Below, in pieces: positions 17,901-26,080 of a stretch of 64,000 bases of DNA (position 1 is its first letter; the number at the start of each line of letters is the position of its first letter). The DNA is from an uncultured Elusimicrobia bacterium (GTDB lineage: Bacteria; Elusimicrobiota; Elusimicrobia; 2-02-FULL-39-32). Where the stretch lies: assembly GCA_964523525.1 (NCBI GenBank), contig CAZFYO010000002.1:133038-197037 (forward strand), given 5' to 3'. Made by a program: the position numbers and the translations under genes. Under the pieces are notes generated by a model that saw nothing but the letters and a program-made list of their open reading frames with translations, did no database searches and had not been told where the DNA came from.

Positions 17901-19073
17901 CTATTTTCCCAAAACTCGCTTCAAATTTTCGATGAAAAATTTGTTCTCGGCGGCGGTGCCCACCGTCACGCGGAAATGATTGGTGTAGCCGTACTCGTTC
18001 ATCGCCCGCACAATGACGCCGCGGCGGAGCATCTTTTCAAAAACCTCGCTGCCCGTCTTCGGCGACGCGTCCACCAGAAAAAAATTGCCGGCGGACGGGA
18101 CGTAGGGCAGACCCATCGCGGAAAGTTCCCCTTCAAGATATTTCATTCCTTTGCGCACCAGCTCGACGCTCTTTTTGACGTGACCGGAATCCTTGAGCGC
18201 CTCGATGGCCGCCGCCTGCGACAGGCTCGTCACGTTAAACGGCGGGCGCACGCGGTCCATGATCTCGACGGCTTCCGCGCTCATCACGCCGTAGCCCACG
18301 CGCAGGCCCGCGAGGCCGTAGATTTTAGAGAACGTTCGGAGCACGACCACGTTCCAGCCCTTGCGGAAATAGTCCAGCGACTCGGGGTAGTCCGGCATGA
18401 GTCCGTTCGCAAACTCGTAATAGGCCTCGTCGAAAACGACCAGGGGCATCGTCCGCTGATCCGAAGCCAGGGACTGCTCTTTCAGCAGCGCGAAAAATCG
18501 CGCTACCTCGGACCGGCTCGCGTAGGTTCCGGTCGGGTTGTTCGGATTGGCGATGAAAATCGCCTTGGTGCGCGGGGTTGCCGCGCGCGCCATCGCTTCG
18601 AGATCGTGCGCATAGCCGCGCGTCGGGACGACCACGGATTTCGCGCCCATCAGGTCCGCCGCCATCTTATAGCGCGTGAAGGCGTGCTCCGAGATCACGA
18701 CTTCGTCGTCCGGATTGAAAAATGTTTTGCCGATGATTTCGATCAGCTCGTCCGAACCCGCGCCCAGAATCACTTCGGACGGTTTCACCTTGAGGTGTTT
18801 GGCCAGGGCGATGCGGAGCGGGGTACCGGCGCTCGCGGGATATTGAAAGATCATTCCCGCCGACTTCTTCACCGCGGCCACGGCCATTTTGGAGGCGCCC
18901 AGCGCGTTTTCGTTCGAAGCCAGCTTCACGATCTTCTTCAATCCCAGCTCGCGGCGGACTTCCTCCACCGGCTTTCCGGGCAAATAGGGTTCGAAACCCC
19001 GGATCTGAGGCCTGCAATATTTTTCCAAGCTCATGGAAGCCAACAGATTATCATTTTCCCTCTGAAAACTCAA
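17901..19073 (-). CDS. hisC: histidinol-phosphate / aromatic aminotransferase (class II PLP aminotransferase)
   Basis: 390 aa of HisC-family sequence (…YPESLDYFRKGWNVVVLRTFSKIYGLAGLRVGY… PLP-lysine region). Given the pheA/tyrA/aroF neighbours it probably serves Phe/Tyr synthesis as well. Confidence 0.8.
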   Translation of the reverse strand: MSFQRENDNLLASMSLEKYCRPQIRGFEPYLPGKPVEEVRRELGLKKIVKLASNENALGASKMAVAAVKKSAGMIFQYPASAGTPLRIALAKHLKVKPSEVILGAGSDELIEIIGKTFFNPDDEVVISEHAFTRYKMAADLMGAKSVVVPTRGYAHDLEAMARAATPRTKAIFIANPNNPTGTYASRSEVARFFALLKEQSLASDQRTMPLVVFDEAYYEFANGLMPDYPESLDYFRKGWNVVVLRTFSKIYGLAGLRVGYGVMSAEAVEIMDRVRPPFNVTSLSQAAAIEALKDSGHVKKSVELVRKGMKYLEGELSAMGLPYVPSAGNFFLVDASPKTGSEVFEKMLRRGVIVRAMNEYGYTNHFRVTVGTAAENKFFIENLKRVLGK

Positions 19074-19095
19074 TCGGGAGAGCCCGGGGACGGCG

Positions 19096-20163
19096 TTAGT
19101 CGCAGCGGGGGTAGGAACCGAGGATTTTGATCCGCAGGCAGGATTTCCGGAGCTCGGAAAGCATCTCCTGGATTTTGGGATTGGTGGAATGGCCCATGAA
19201 GTCGACGTAAAAGATGTACTCCCAGGCCTTCTTTTTGGACGGCCGGGATTCGATCTTCGTGAGGTTGAGGTTGAAGTTCTTGAAGATGAGCAAAATGTCG
19301 TTCAGCGCGCCGATCTTGTCCTTGATGGAGAAGAGGATCGAAGTCTTGTCGTGGCCGGACGAGACCGGGACCTGGCGGCCGATGACGAGAAAGCGCGTGA
19401 AGTTCTGGTCGAAATCCTGAATATTGGGGGCGGCGACCTTGAGATTATAGAGCTTGGCGGCGAGCGCGGAGGCGATGGCGGCGGCGGAACCGTCGAGCGA
19501 CGCCTGGCAGGCAGCGTCCGCGGTGGAAGCGGATTCATGAATCTCCACGCCCGGCAGATGGCTCTCGAGCCATTTGCGGCATTGCGCGATGGCCTGCGGG
19601 TGCGAGTAGACGCGCTTGATCTTGGCGGTCTGCCCCGGCGACGACAGCAGATAATGGGCGATCGGCTCCTCGCGCTCCGCGCAGATCACGAGGTCCGACT
19701 CCGTGAACATGTCGAGCGTGTGGTTCACCACGCCTTCCGTGGAATTTTCGATGGGAACGACGCCGTAATCGGCGCGGCTCCGCTCCACTTCGACGAAAAC
19801 ATCCGAAATGGATTTCTGCGGTAGCATCTCGGAGCTTTTGCCGAAATGCTTGATGGCGACCTGGTGAGTGAAAGTGGCTTCGGGGCCGAGGAACGCGACG
19901 CGCAATTTGCGCTGGACGTTGCGGCAGGCGTTGAACACTTCGCGGAAAATGGAATCGATGTCTTCTTCGCGCAGCGGGCTGATCTTTTTGGAAATCAACC
20001 GGTTGATGATTTCCTGCTCGCGCGCGCTGGAATAGACTTCGCTGCCCGACTTGCTTTTGAGCTTCCCGATGGTTTTCGCCAGACCGGCGCGGCGCACGAG
20101 CTGATCGACGATTTTAGCGTCGATATCGTCGATCTTGCGCCGCAGCTTTTCTATTGATTCCAT
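19096..20163 (-). CDS. pheA: bifunctional chorismate mutase / prephenate dehydratase
   Basis: 355 aa with an N-terminal AroQ chorismate mutase helix (IEKLRRKIDDIDAKIVDQLVRRAGLAK), a PDT domain (RVAFLGPEATFTHQ) and a C-terminal ACT domain. Confidence 0.85.
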   Translation of the reverse strand: MESIEKLRRKIDDIDAKIVDQLVRRAGLAKTIGKLKSKSGSEVYSSAREQEIINRLISKKISPLREEDIDSIFREVFNACRNVQRKLRVAFLGPEATFTHQVAIKHFGKSSEMLPQKSISDVFVEVERSRADYGVVPIENSTEGVVNHTLDMFTESDLVICAEREEPIAHYLLSSPGQTAKIKRVYSHPQAIAQCRKWLESHLPGVEIHESASTADAACQASLDGSAAAIASALAAKLYNLKVAAPNIQDFDQNFTRFLVIGRQVPVSSGHDKTSILFSIKDKIGALNDILLIFKNFNLNLTKIESRPSKKKAWEYIFYVDFMGHSTNPKIQEMLSELRKSCLRIKILGSYPRCD

Positions 20164-20176
20164 AAAATCCTCATGT

Positions 20177-20836
20177 CTATATTTTTGCTATTAAAGAAAT
20201 CATGCGGTGCTCGGTTTTGTCGCGCCGCCAGGAGAAGTGGCGGTTGCCGCAGTACGTGCAATCTTCCGCCGCCTGGATGTTCGCCGCGGGAATTCCCGCT
20301 TCCTGCGCCTGGACCGCCACGGCTCGCTCCAGACTTAAAAACGTTTTTCCTTCTTTTTGGCTGAGCGCTTTGGGAAAAACTTTTGCCACGTCTTCCCCCA
20401 CTTCGTAACAACAGTCGCGGATATGGGCGCCGAACGAAACCTTCAAATCGGACGGATCGGACTTCCAGCGCTCGCGCATCAGGCTGATTCCCTTCTGCAC
20501 GATGCGGTTTTCCGCTCCGCGCCAGCCGCAGTGAAACGCGCCCACCACCTTGTTCCTATCGTCGGAGATGAGGACGGGCGCGCAATCCGCGCTGTAAATG
20601 CCAAGGACCAGCTGCTTTTGATCCGTCACCAGGCCGTCAAAACCTTCGTAGAGCCGGCGCTGGTTATTCTCGACAATGGCGATCTTGTCGCCATGGACCT
20701 GCTTGCAGGTGATTAAATTTTCAAAAGGGAGGCCCAGCTTCTGGAGCATCCCGCCGCGCACCGCGTCGTCCTTCGCGTTGCCGGAACTGGAATCGCTGGA
20801 CGCTTCGACGTACCAGCCCTTGCGCGAGATCCGCAC
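20177..20836 (-). CDS. pgeF: peptidoglycan editing factor PgeF / YfiH-family laccase-domain protein
   Basis: DUF152/YfiH motifs (CKQVHGDKIAIV; SADCAPVLI; HCGWRG). Occupies the usual position just downstream of ftsZ. The start may instead be the internal Met at about 20749. Confidence 0.75.
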   Translation of the reverse strand: MRISRKGWYVEASSDSSSGNAKDDAVRGGMLQKLGLPFENLITCKQVHGDKIAIVENNQRRLYEGFDGLVTDQKQLVLGIYSADCAPVLISDDRNKVVGAFHCGWRGAENRIVQKGISLMRERWKSDPSDLKVSFGAHIRDCCYEVGEDVAKVFPKALSQKEGKTFLSLERAVAVQAQEAGIPAANIQAAEDCTYCGNRHFSWRRDKTEHRMISLIAKI

Positions 20837-20848
20837 GGGCGGCTGAAC

Positions 20849-22033
20849 TCAGCTCAGCTTGTGCGTGCCGCCCTTGCGGCGCAAAAAAGCGGGACGGCGC
20901 AGATCGCCCAGATCGCTGTAGGGCTCGTCATTCTCATCGGCCGTAACCTTGAGGCGCGACGGAGCGGCGGGGTCGGACGGAGCCCGCCAGATCTGGCCTT
21001 CGTTCACGGGGATCCTGTAGTTGCGCTTCGAAGCGGCGGCGCTCGCGGAATTGGCGCGCTGCTGCTGGATCGGGAAGCCCGTGGATATCACGGTGATGCG
21101 GATCGAATCGTCCAGAGTTTCCTCGGTGCCCAGACCGCCGAACACCTTGGCGTCGGGCGAGACCACGGAGTAGATGTAGCTCATGGCGTCGCGCACTTCG
21201 TGCATGGTGACGCTGCGCTTCTTGCCGGAAATGTTGACGAGCAGTCCCTTGGCTCCGTCGATGGAAACGTTCTCGAGCAGGGGGCTCTGGATCGCCTGCT
21301 GGGCGGCGCGGATGGCGCGGTCGGGGCCGGTCGCTTCGCCGATGCCCATGAGCGCTTCTCCCGCGCCCGTCATGAGCGCTTTAACGTTGGCAAAATCCAT
21401 GTTCACTTCCTGCGGCCGCGTGATGACGTCCGATATGGCCTGGACGGCCTTCCTTAACACGTCGTCCACGATGCGGAAACAGTCTTCCCAGGGAGTGTCT
21501 TCCTCGACCACGCCGAAGAGCCGGTCGTTGGGAATGACGAGCACGGTATCCGCGAACTGGCGGATGTTCTTGATGCCCTGCTCGGCCTGGGCCGCGCGCA
21601 TGCGCCCTTCAAACTCGAAGGGGCGCGTGACGACGCCCACCGTCAAAATGCCCATTTCCTTGGCGACGCGCGCCACGACGGGCGCGGCGCCGGTGCCGGT
21701 TCCCCCGCCCATTCCGGCGGTGACGAAAACCATGTCGGAATCGGCGAGCGCGTTCTTCAAATCGTCCACGCTTTCTTCCGCCGCGAGGCGCCCCTTCTCG
21801 GGATCGCCGCCCGCTCCCAACCCCTTGGTGAGCGTCGCGCCCAACTGCATGCGGATCGGCGCCAGCGACTTGTGGCGCAGCCATTGAGCGTCGGTGTTGG
21901 CGGCCACGAATTCCACGTTCTGGACTTCGCTCTGGATCATGCGGTTCACGGCGTTGCCGCCGCCGCCGCCCAGTCCCACAACGCGCAGGATGGCCGGCTG
22001 GTCGGTAAAGTCTTCGGAAAACTTAATCTTCAT
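20849..22033 (-). CDS. ftsZ: cell division protein FtsZ
   Basis: 394 aa with the tubulin signature GGGTGTGAAP and the N-terminal GLGGGGGNAVNRM motif. Confidence 0.95.
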   Translation of the reverse strand: MKIKFSEDFTDQPAILRVVGLGGGGGNAVNRMIQSEVQNVEFVAANTDAQWLRHKSLAPIRMQLGATLTKGLGAGGDPEKGRLAAEESVDDLKNALADSDMVFVTAGMGGGTGTGAAPVVARVAKEMGILTVGVVTRPFEFEGRMRAAQAEQGIKNIRQFADTVLVIPNDRLFGVVEEDTPWEDCFRIVDDVLRKAVQAISDVITRPQEVNMDFANVKALMTGAGEALMGIGEATGPDRAIRAAQQAIQSPLLENVSIDGAKGLLVNISGKKRSVTMHEVRDAMSYIYSVVSPDAKVFGGLGTEETLDDSIRITVISTGFPIQQQRANSASAAASKRNYRIPVNEGQIWRAPSDPAAPSRLKVTADENDEPYSDLGDLRRPAFLRRKGGTHKLS

Positions 22034-22058
22034 GCGGGTCTCCTCGCCTGGTTGTGAT

Positions 22059-23291
22059 TTACAGAACCTCGTCCACCCATGCCATCACTTTCTTCATAAA
22101 CGAGCCGTTGCCGACCGTGCGGTGATTGCGCGTCCAGTCGCCGGCGTGCTTGTACTTCAAAAGCCCGATGGCCGTCGAATAAGTCGGATCGAAAACGATT
22201 TCCTGCGGGCCGTCCACGCCGATGGGCACGCCCAGGTGTACGCTCATGCCGAAAATTTCCTCGGCCGCCTTGTCGATGCCGGGCAGTTTGGAACAGCCGC
22301 CCGTGAGCACGATGCCGCCCGGGATGATTTCGGAGTAATTGGATTTCTGCAGTTCCTGCTGGATCAGCTCGAACACTTCCTCGATGCGGCTCTGGATGAT
22401 TTCGACCAGCGTGCGCTTCGGGACTTCCCGCTGGTTGCGGCCGTCCACCGCGACGAACTGGAGATTCATGTTGGAGTCGCCGTTCAGGAGGCTGCACATG
22501 GACAGCCCATGATGCTCTTTGAGCTCCTGCGCCACGGAAAAAGAGGTTTTAAGGCCGTACGATAAATCCTTGGTGATGAGCTCGCCGCCGATGGGCAGCT
22601 CTTTGGTGTAGCGGACGCTGCCGTCGACGTAAATCGTAAGGTTGGAAGTCTGCCCGCCCAGGTCGATGAGCGCGGCGCCGAGGTCCTTTTCTTCTTCGCT
22701 CACCACGCAGTCGCCCACGGCAAACGCGCCGTACACCAGGTCGCTGTACTCGAACCCGGCGAGGTTGATGGCTTTGACGATATTGGAAATATGGCTGGAG
22801 GAAGCGACCGCGATGTGGACGTCCACCGCAAGGTGCGAGCCTTCCATTCCGACGGGAACCATGACGCCGGACTGCTTGTCGACGGAAAAATCCTGCGGAA
22901 CGGTGTGGAGAATTTCGCGATCGGCGGAAAGCTGGATGGCTTTCGCGTTGGTGATCACATGCTCAAGGTCTTCGGCCGTGATTTCTTTGTCGGTGCGGGA
23001 AATGTTGATGGCGCCGCGGTGGTTGAACGTTTCGATGTGCGCCCCGCGCACTCCGACCAGCAACTTCTCGATGGTCTGGCCCGACGTTTCTTCCGCTTCG
23101 CTCACCGCGCGCTCGATGGCGCCGCGCGCTTCCGGAATATTGACGACGACTCCGCCCTTGATGCCGCGGCAGGGCGATTTGCCCGCGCCGAGCACCGTGA
23201 CGTGTCCCGTTTCCTCGTCGCGCGATCCGACGATCACGACGACCTGAGAACTCCCGATATCAATTCCCGCTTCTATCACCGATTTCGGCAT
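22059..23291 (-). CDS. ftsA: cell division protein FtsA
   Basis: 410 aa actin-like ATPase (IEAGIDIGSSQVVVIVG…; DLGGQTSNLTIY). Lies between ftsQ and ftsZ. Confidence 0.9.
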   Translation of the reverse strand: MPKSVIEAGIDIGSSQVVVIVGSRDEETGHVTVLGAGKSPCRGIKGGVVVNIPEARGAIERAVSEAEETSGQTIEKLLVGVRGAHIETFNHRGAINISRTDKEITAEDLEHVITNAKAIQLSADREILHTVPQDFSVDKQSGVMVPVGMEGSHLAVDVHIAVASSSHISNIVKAINLAGFEYSDLVYGAFAVGDCVVSEEEKDLGAALIDLGGQTSNLTIYVDGSVRYTKELPIGGELITKDLSYGLKTSFSVAQELKEHHGLSMCSLLNGDSNMNLQFVAVDGRNQREVPKRTLVEIIQSRIEEVFELIQQELQKSNYSEIIPGGIVLTGGCSKLPGIDKAAEEIFGMSVHLGVPIGVDGPQEIVFDPTYSTAIGLLKYKHAGDWTRNHRTVGNGSFMKKVMAWVDEVL

Positions 23292-23297
23292 GCTTTC

Positions 23298-24206
23298 TTA
23301 TCCTTTTAAATTTGACTTGGGTTCCGCCTGACTGATCTTCGTTTTCGGCCGGACGATGACCCGGCCCACCACTTCGCGCTCTTCGCCCAGCGCCGACGTT
23401 GAACGCTGCGGAACGCCGCGCAGGTTCACGTACTCCACTTCGATGGACCGCGCGACGAGGTCCCGCCAGACGTCGCGCAGGCGCCGGTACTTCTCGTCAA
23501 AGGTCGAGGCATCGTACGCGCCCCAGACGATGCGCAGGACCTGCCCGCCGAACGCGGGCGAGCGCACGTAAACGTTGAGCTCGTTCCACTGGTCCAGCGT
23601 CAGCTTGCGCAAGGCCAAGGGGTCTCCGCCCTGGCCCAAATCCGATTCCGCTTCCTTCCACGCGGCCAGGAACGCCAGGGCCCGCTGACGGTCTTCCGCC
23701 GCGGGCAAAACCGCTTCGGGAAGCTCCGCCGCCTCCGAGGGCGTCAGCGCCGCCGGAAAGACCGCGCCTTCGGAATCCAAAGCCTTCATGGAATCCTCGC
23801 GGCCGTCGGATTTGACCAGAGCCACCGGTTGGCGCAACGAATATTCCACTTTAATCCCGTCGGGCAGAACGCGCGCGACCTTCAAAGAACGGAGCTGCGG
23901 ATACTGCTTCATCCAATCGCGCTCGGCGCTTCCGAGGTCCAGACTGAACGCCGATCGACCTTTGAAGCGCGAAACTTTGGACTTCATTTCCGACGCAATT
24001 TTAGGATCGGCCTCCGAAACCTCGAACGATTTTATCATAAAAAAATCGGAAACAAATAGGAAGCGGTGCAGGGCGCCGGCCGCGATGGCGAACAGGACAA
24101 CGAACGCGAACTTTCCGAAAAGAAACGAGCGGATCCTGCCGAATCGCTCGCGCCGGACTTTGCTGCGCAGCGTGACCCGCTGGCGCCTTTTCCCCCGCCG
24201 CATCAT
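23298..24206 (-). CDS. ftsQ: cell division protein FtsQ/DivIB (POTRA-domain, single TM)
   Basis: 302 aa with a basic N-terminus, one TM helix (FAFVVLFAIAAGALHRFLFV) and a periplasmic domain. Lies between ddl and ftsA. Confidence 0.6.
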   Translation of the reverse strand: MMRRGKRRQRVTLRSKVRRERFGRIRSFLFGKFAFVVLFAIAAGALHRFLFVSDFFMIKSFEVSEADPKIASEMKSKVSRFKGRSAFSLDLGSAERDWMKQYPQLRSLKVARVLPDGIKVEYSLRQPVALVKSDGREDSMKALDSEGAVFPAALTPSEAAELPEAVLPAAEDRQRALAFLAAWKEAESDLGQGGDPLALRKLTLDQWNELNVYVRSPAFGGQVLRIVWGAYDASTFDEKYRRLRDVWRDLVARSIEVEYVNLRGVPQRSTSALGEEREVVGRVIVRPKTKISQAEPKSNLKG

Positions 24207-24225
24207 TGAAGATCCCCCGGCAAAC

Positions 24226-25134
24226 TCATAAAGATTCCCTGACCATTTCCAGCAGCAGCGCCTCGAAGGAATAGCCCGCGGCTTTCGCGGATTCCGGGAA
24301 AAGCGACGTCTCCGTCATGCCGGGAATGGAATTGAGCTCGAGCGCCCAGGGGCGGTTTTGTTTATCGACGATAAAATCCGTGCGCGAATACCCGCGGCAG
24401 CCGAGCGCGCGGTGCGCTTCAAGCGCGTAACGGCGGCAGAGCCCGTCCGCTTCCGCCGTGATGCGCGCGGGGATCAGATGGTTCGACATCCCCTTCCCGT
24501 ATTTTGATTTGTAATCGTAAAACTTTCCCTTCGGCACGATCTCGATGACCGGGAGCGCTTCGCCGTTCAGCACGGGAACCGTCACTTCGGTGCCCGCGAT
24601 GAATTTTTCGGCCAGCAGCCGCTTCGAAATTTTGCGAGCCGCTTTAAGCGCCGCCGAAGCGCCGGACGCGCTCCGCACGATGCTGACGCCGATCGCCGAG
24701 CCGCCGTCCACCGGCTTCACGACATAAGGCGGCTTGAACGAAACGGAATGGTCTCCGGATTCCAGGATTTGAAAGGGCGCCGTGGGAATTTTGTGGTGCG
24801 CGAAAACGATTTTGGTCGCGGCCTTGTCCATGGAAAGAGAACTGGCCAGCACGCCGGACCCTGAATAAGGAATTTTCATCACGTCCAGCATGCCCTGAAC
24901 GGTCCCATCTTCCCCCGGTTTTCCGTGCAGGGCGATGAAACAGAACCCCGCCCCGCTGTCTTTGATTTTTTTGGCCAGATCCGCGCCCGCCTCGATGCCG
25001 ACAGCGCGCAGTCCGAGTTTTTTGAATCCGTTCAGAACGGCCTTCCCCGTGCGGCGCGACACCGCCGCTTCGGGCGACGGCCCCCCGTAAAGCACCGCGA
25101 TTTTCATCCTTTTGAGTTTGGCTAAAGTATCCAT
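24226..25134 (-). CDS. ddl: D-alanine--D-alanine ligase
   Basis: ATP-grasp Ddl motifs (MKIAVLYGGPSPE…; HGKPGEDGTVQG; ELNSIPGMTETSLFP). The track ORF starts at 25182 and would overlap murB by 32 nt. A start at Met 25134 or 25107 is more likely. Confidence 0.85.
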   Translation of the reverse strand: MDTLAKLKRMKIAVLYGGPSPEAAVSRRTGKAVLNGFKKLGLRAVGIEAGADLAKKIKDSGAGFCFIALHGKPGEDGTVQGMLDVMKIPYSGSGVLASSLSMDKAATKIVFAHHKIPTAPFQILESGDHSVSFKPPYVVKPVDGGSAIGVSIVRSASGASAALKAARKISKRLLAEKFIAGTEVTVPVLNGEALPVIEIVPKGKFYDYKSKYGKGMSNHLIPARITAEADGLCRRYALEAHRALGCRGYSRTDFIVDKQNRPWALELNSIPGMTETSLFPESAKAAGYSFEALLLEMVRESL

Positions 25135-25150
25135 TAAATTGCTTCCTTGA

Positions 25151-26032
25151 CTAGCGTCCGACCATTTTGATTTCGGGCTCAAGGTCCACGCCGCATTTCT
25201 CTTTGACGGTCTTTTGCGCGTGCGCCACCAGGGCCTGAAAATCCTTCGCGGTGGCGCCGCCCGTGTTGACGAAAAAATTGGCGTGCTTGGGCGAAACCTG
25301 CGCCGCGCCGATTTTGAACCCTTTGAGCCCCGCCTGCTCGATCAGCTTCGCGGAAAAATTTCCCTCGGGATTTTTGAAAATGGAGCCGACGTTTTGCGTG
25401 CCGATGGGCTGGGTCTCGAGCCGTCTCGACAAAAATTCCTGGATGATTTTGAGCGTGGATTCTTTTTTGGCGGGAACAAGCTTCAGCGTGGCGAAGCACA
25501 GGATTTTTCCGCCCAGAGACGACCATCGGTACTTAAAATCAATCGCGTTGGCCGGTATGATTTTCATATTTTCCTGCTCATCCAGCACTTCGACGGATTG
25601 CGTGATGGTCCCCAGCCACAATTCGCGCGTGCCGCAGTTCATGATGAGCCCGCCGCCGACGGTTCCCGGGACGCCCACCAGAGGCTCCGCTCCTCCCAAC
25701 CCTTTTTCGGCGCAGGCTTTCACCAAAGTCGGCAAAAATACTCCCGCGCCGGCGCGCACCGTGTCTCCAGAAAACGTGAAGGTTTCGAATTCCCCCCGCA
25801 AGCGGATGACCAGCCCAGCGATGCCGGCATCGCTCACCAAAAGGTTCGAGCCGGCCCCCAGGATGAAAACAGGAATCTGTTTGGATTTTGAGAACGAAAT
25901 GAGGGATTTTAGATGGGAAACGGAGGCCGCTTCGGCGTACCACTCGGCGGGACCGCCGATGCCGAGCGTGGTGTGTTTGGACATTGGCTCGTTCGTCGAG
26001 ATCCGAGCACCTGATTCAAGCAACTGCTCCAT
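25151..26032 (-). CDS. murB: UDP-N-acetylenolpyruvoylglucosamine reductase
   Basis: 293 aa with an FAD-binding N-terminus (…HTTLGIGGPAEWY…FILGAGSNLLVSD) and a MurB C-terminal domain (…KNPEGNFSAKLIEQAGLKGFKIGAAQVS…). Confidence 0.85.
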   Translation of the reverse strand: MEQLLESGARISTNEPMSKHTTLGIGGPAEWYAEAASVSHLKSLISFSKSKQIPVFILGAGSNLLVSDAGIAGLVIRLRGEFETFTFSGDTVRAGAGVFLPTLVKACAEKGLGGAEPLVGVPGTVGGGLIMNCGTRELWLGTITQSVEVLDEQENMKIIPANAIDFKYRWSSLGGKILCFATLKLVPAKKESTLKIIQEFLSRRLETQPIGTQNVGSIFKNPEGNFSAKLIEQAGLKGFKIGAAQVSPKHANFFVNTGGATAKDFQALVAHAQKTVKEKCGVDLEPEIKMVGR

Positions 26033-26080
26033 GGAATGAAAGGGTACAAAATCGTTCCGGTCATGTCAAAAAAGCGTGGA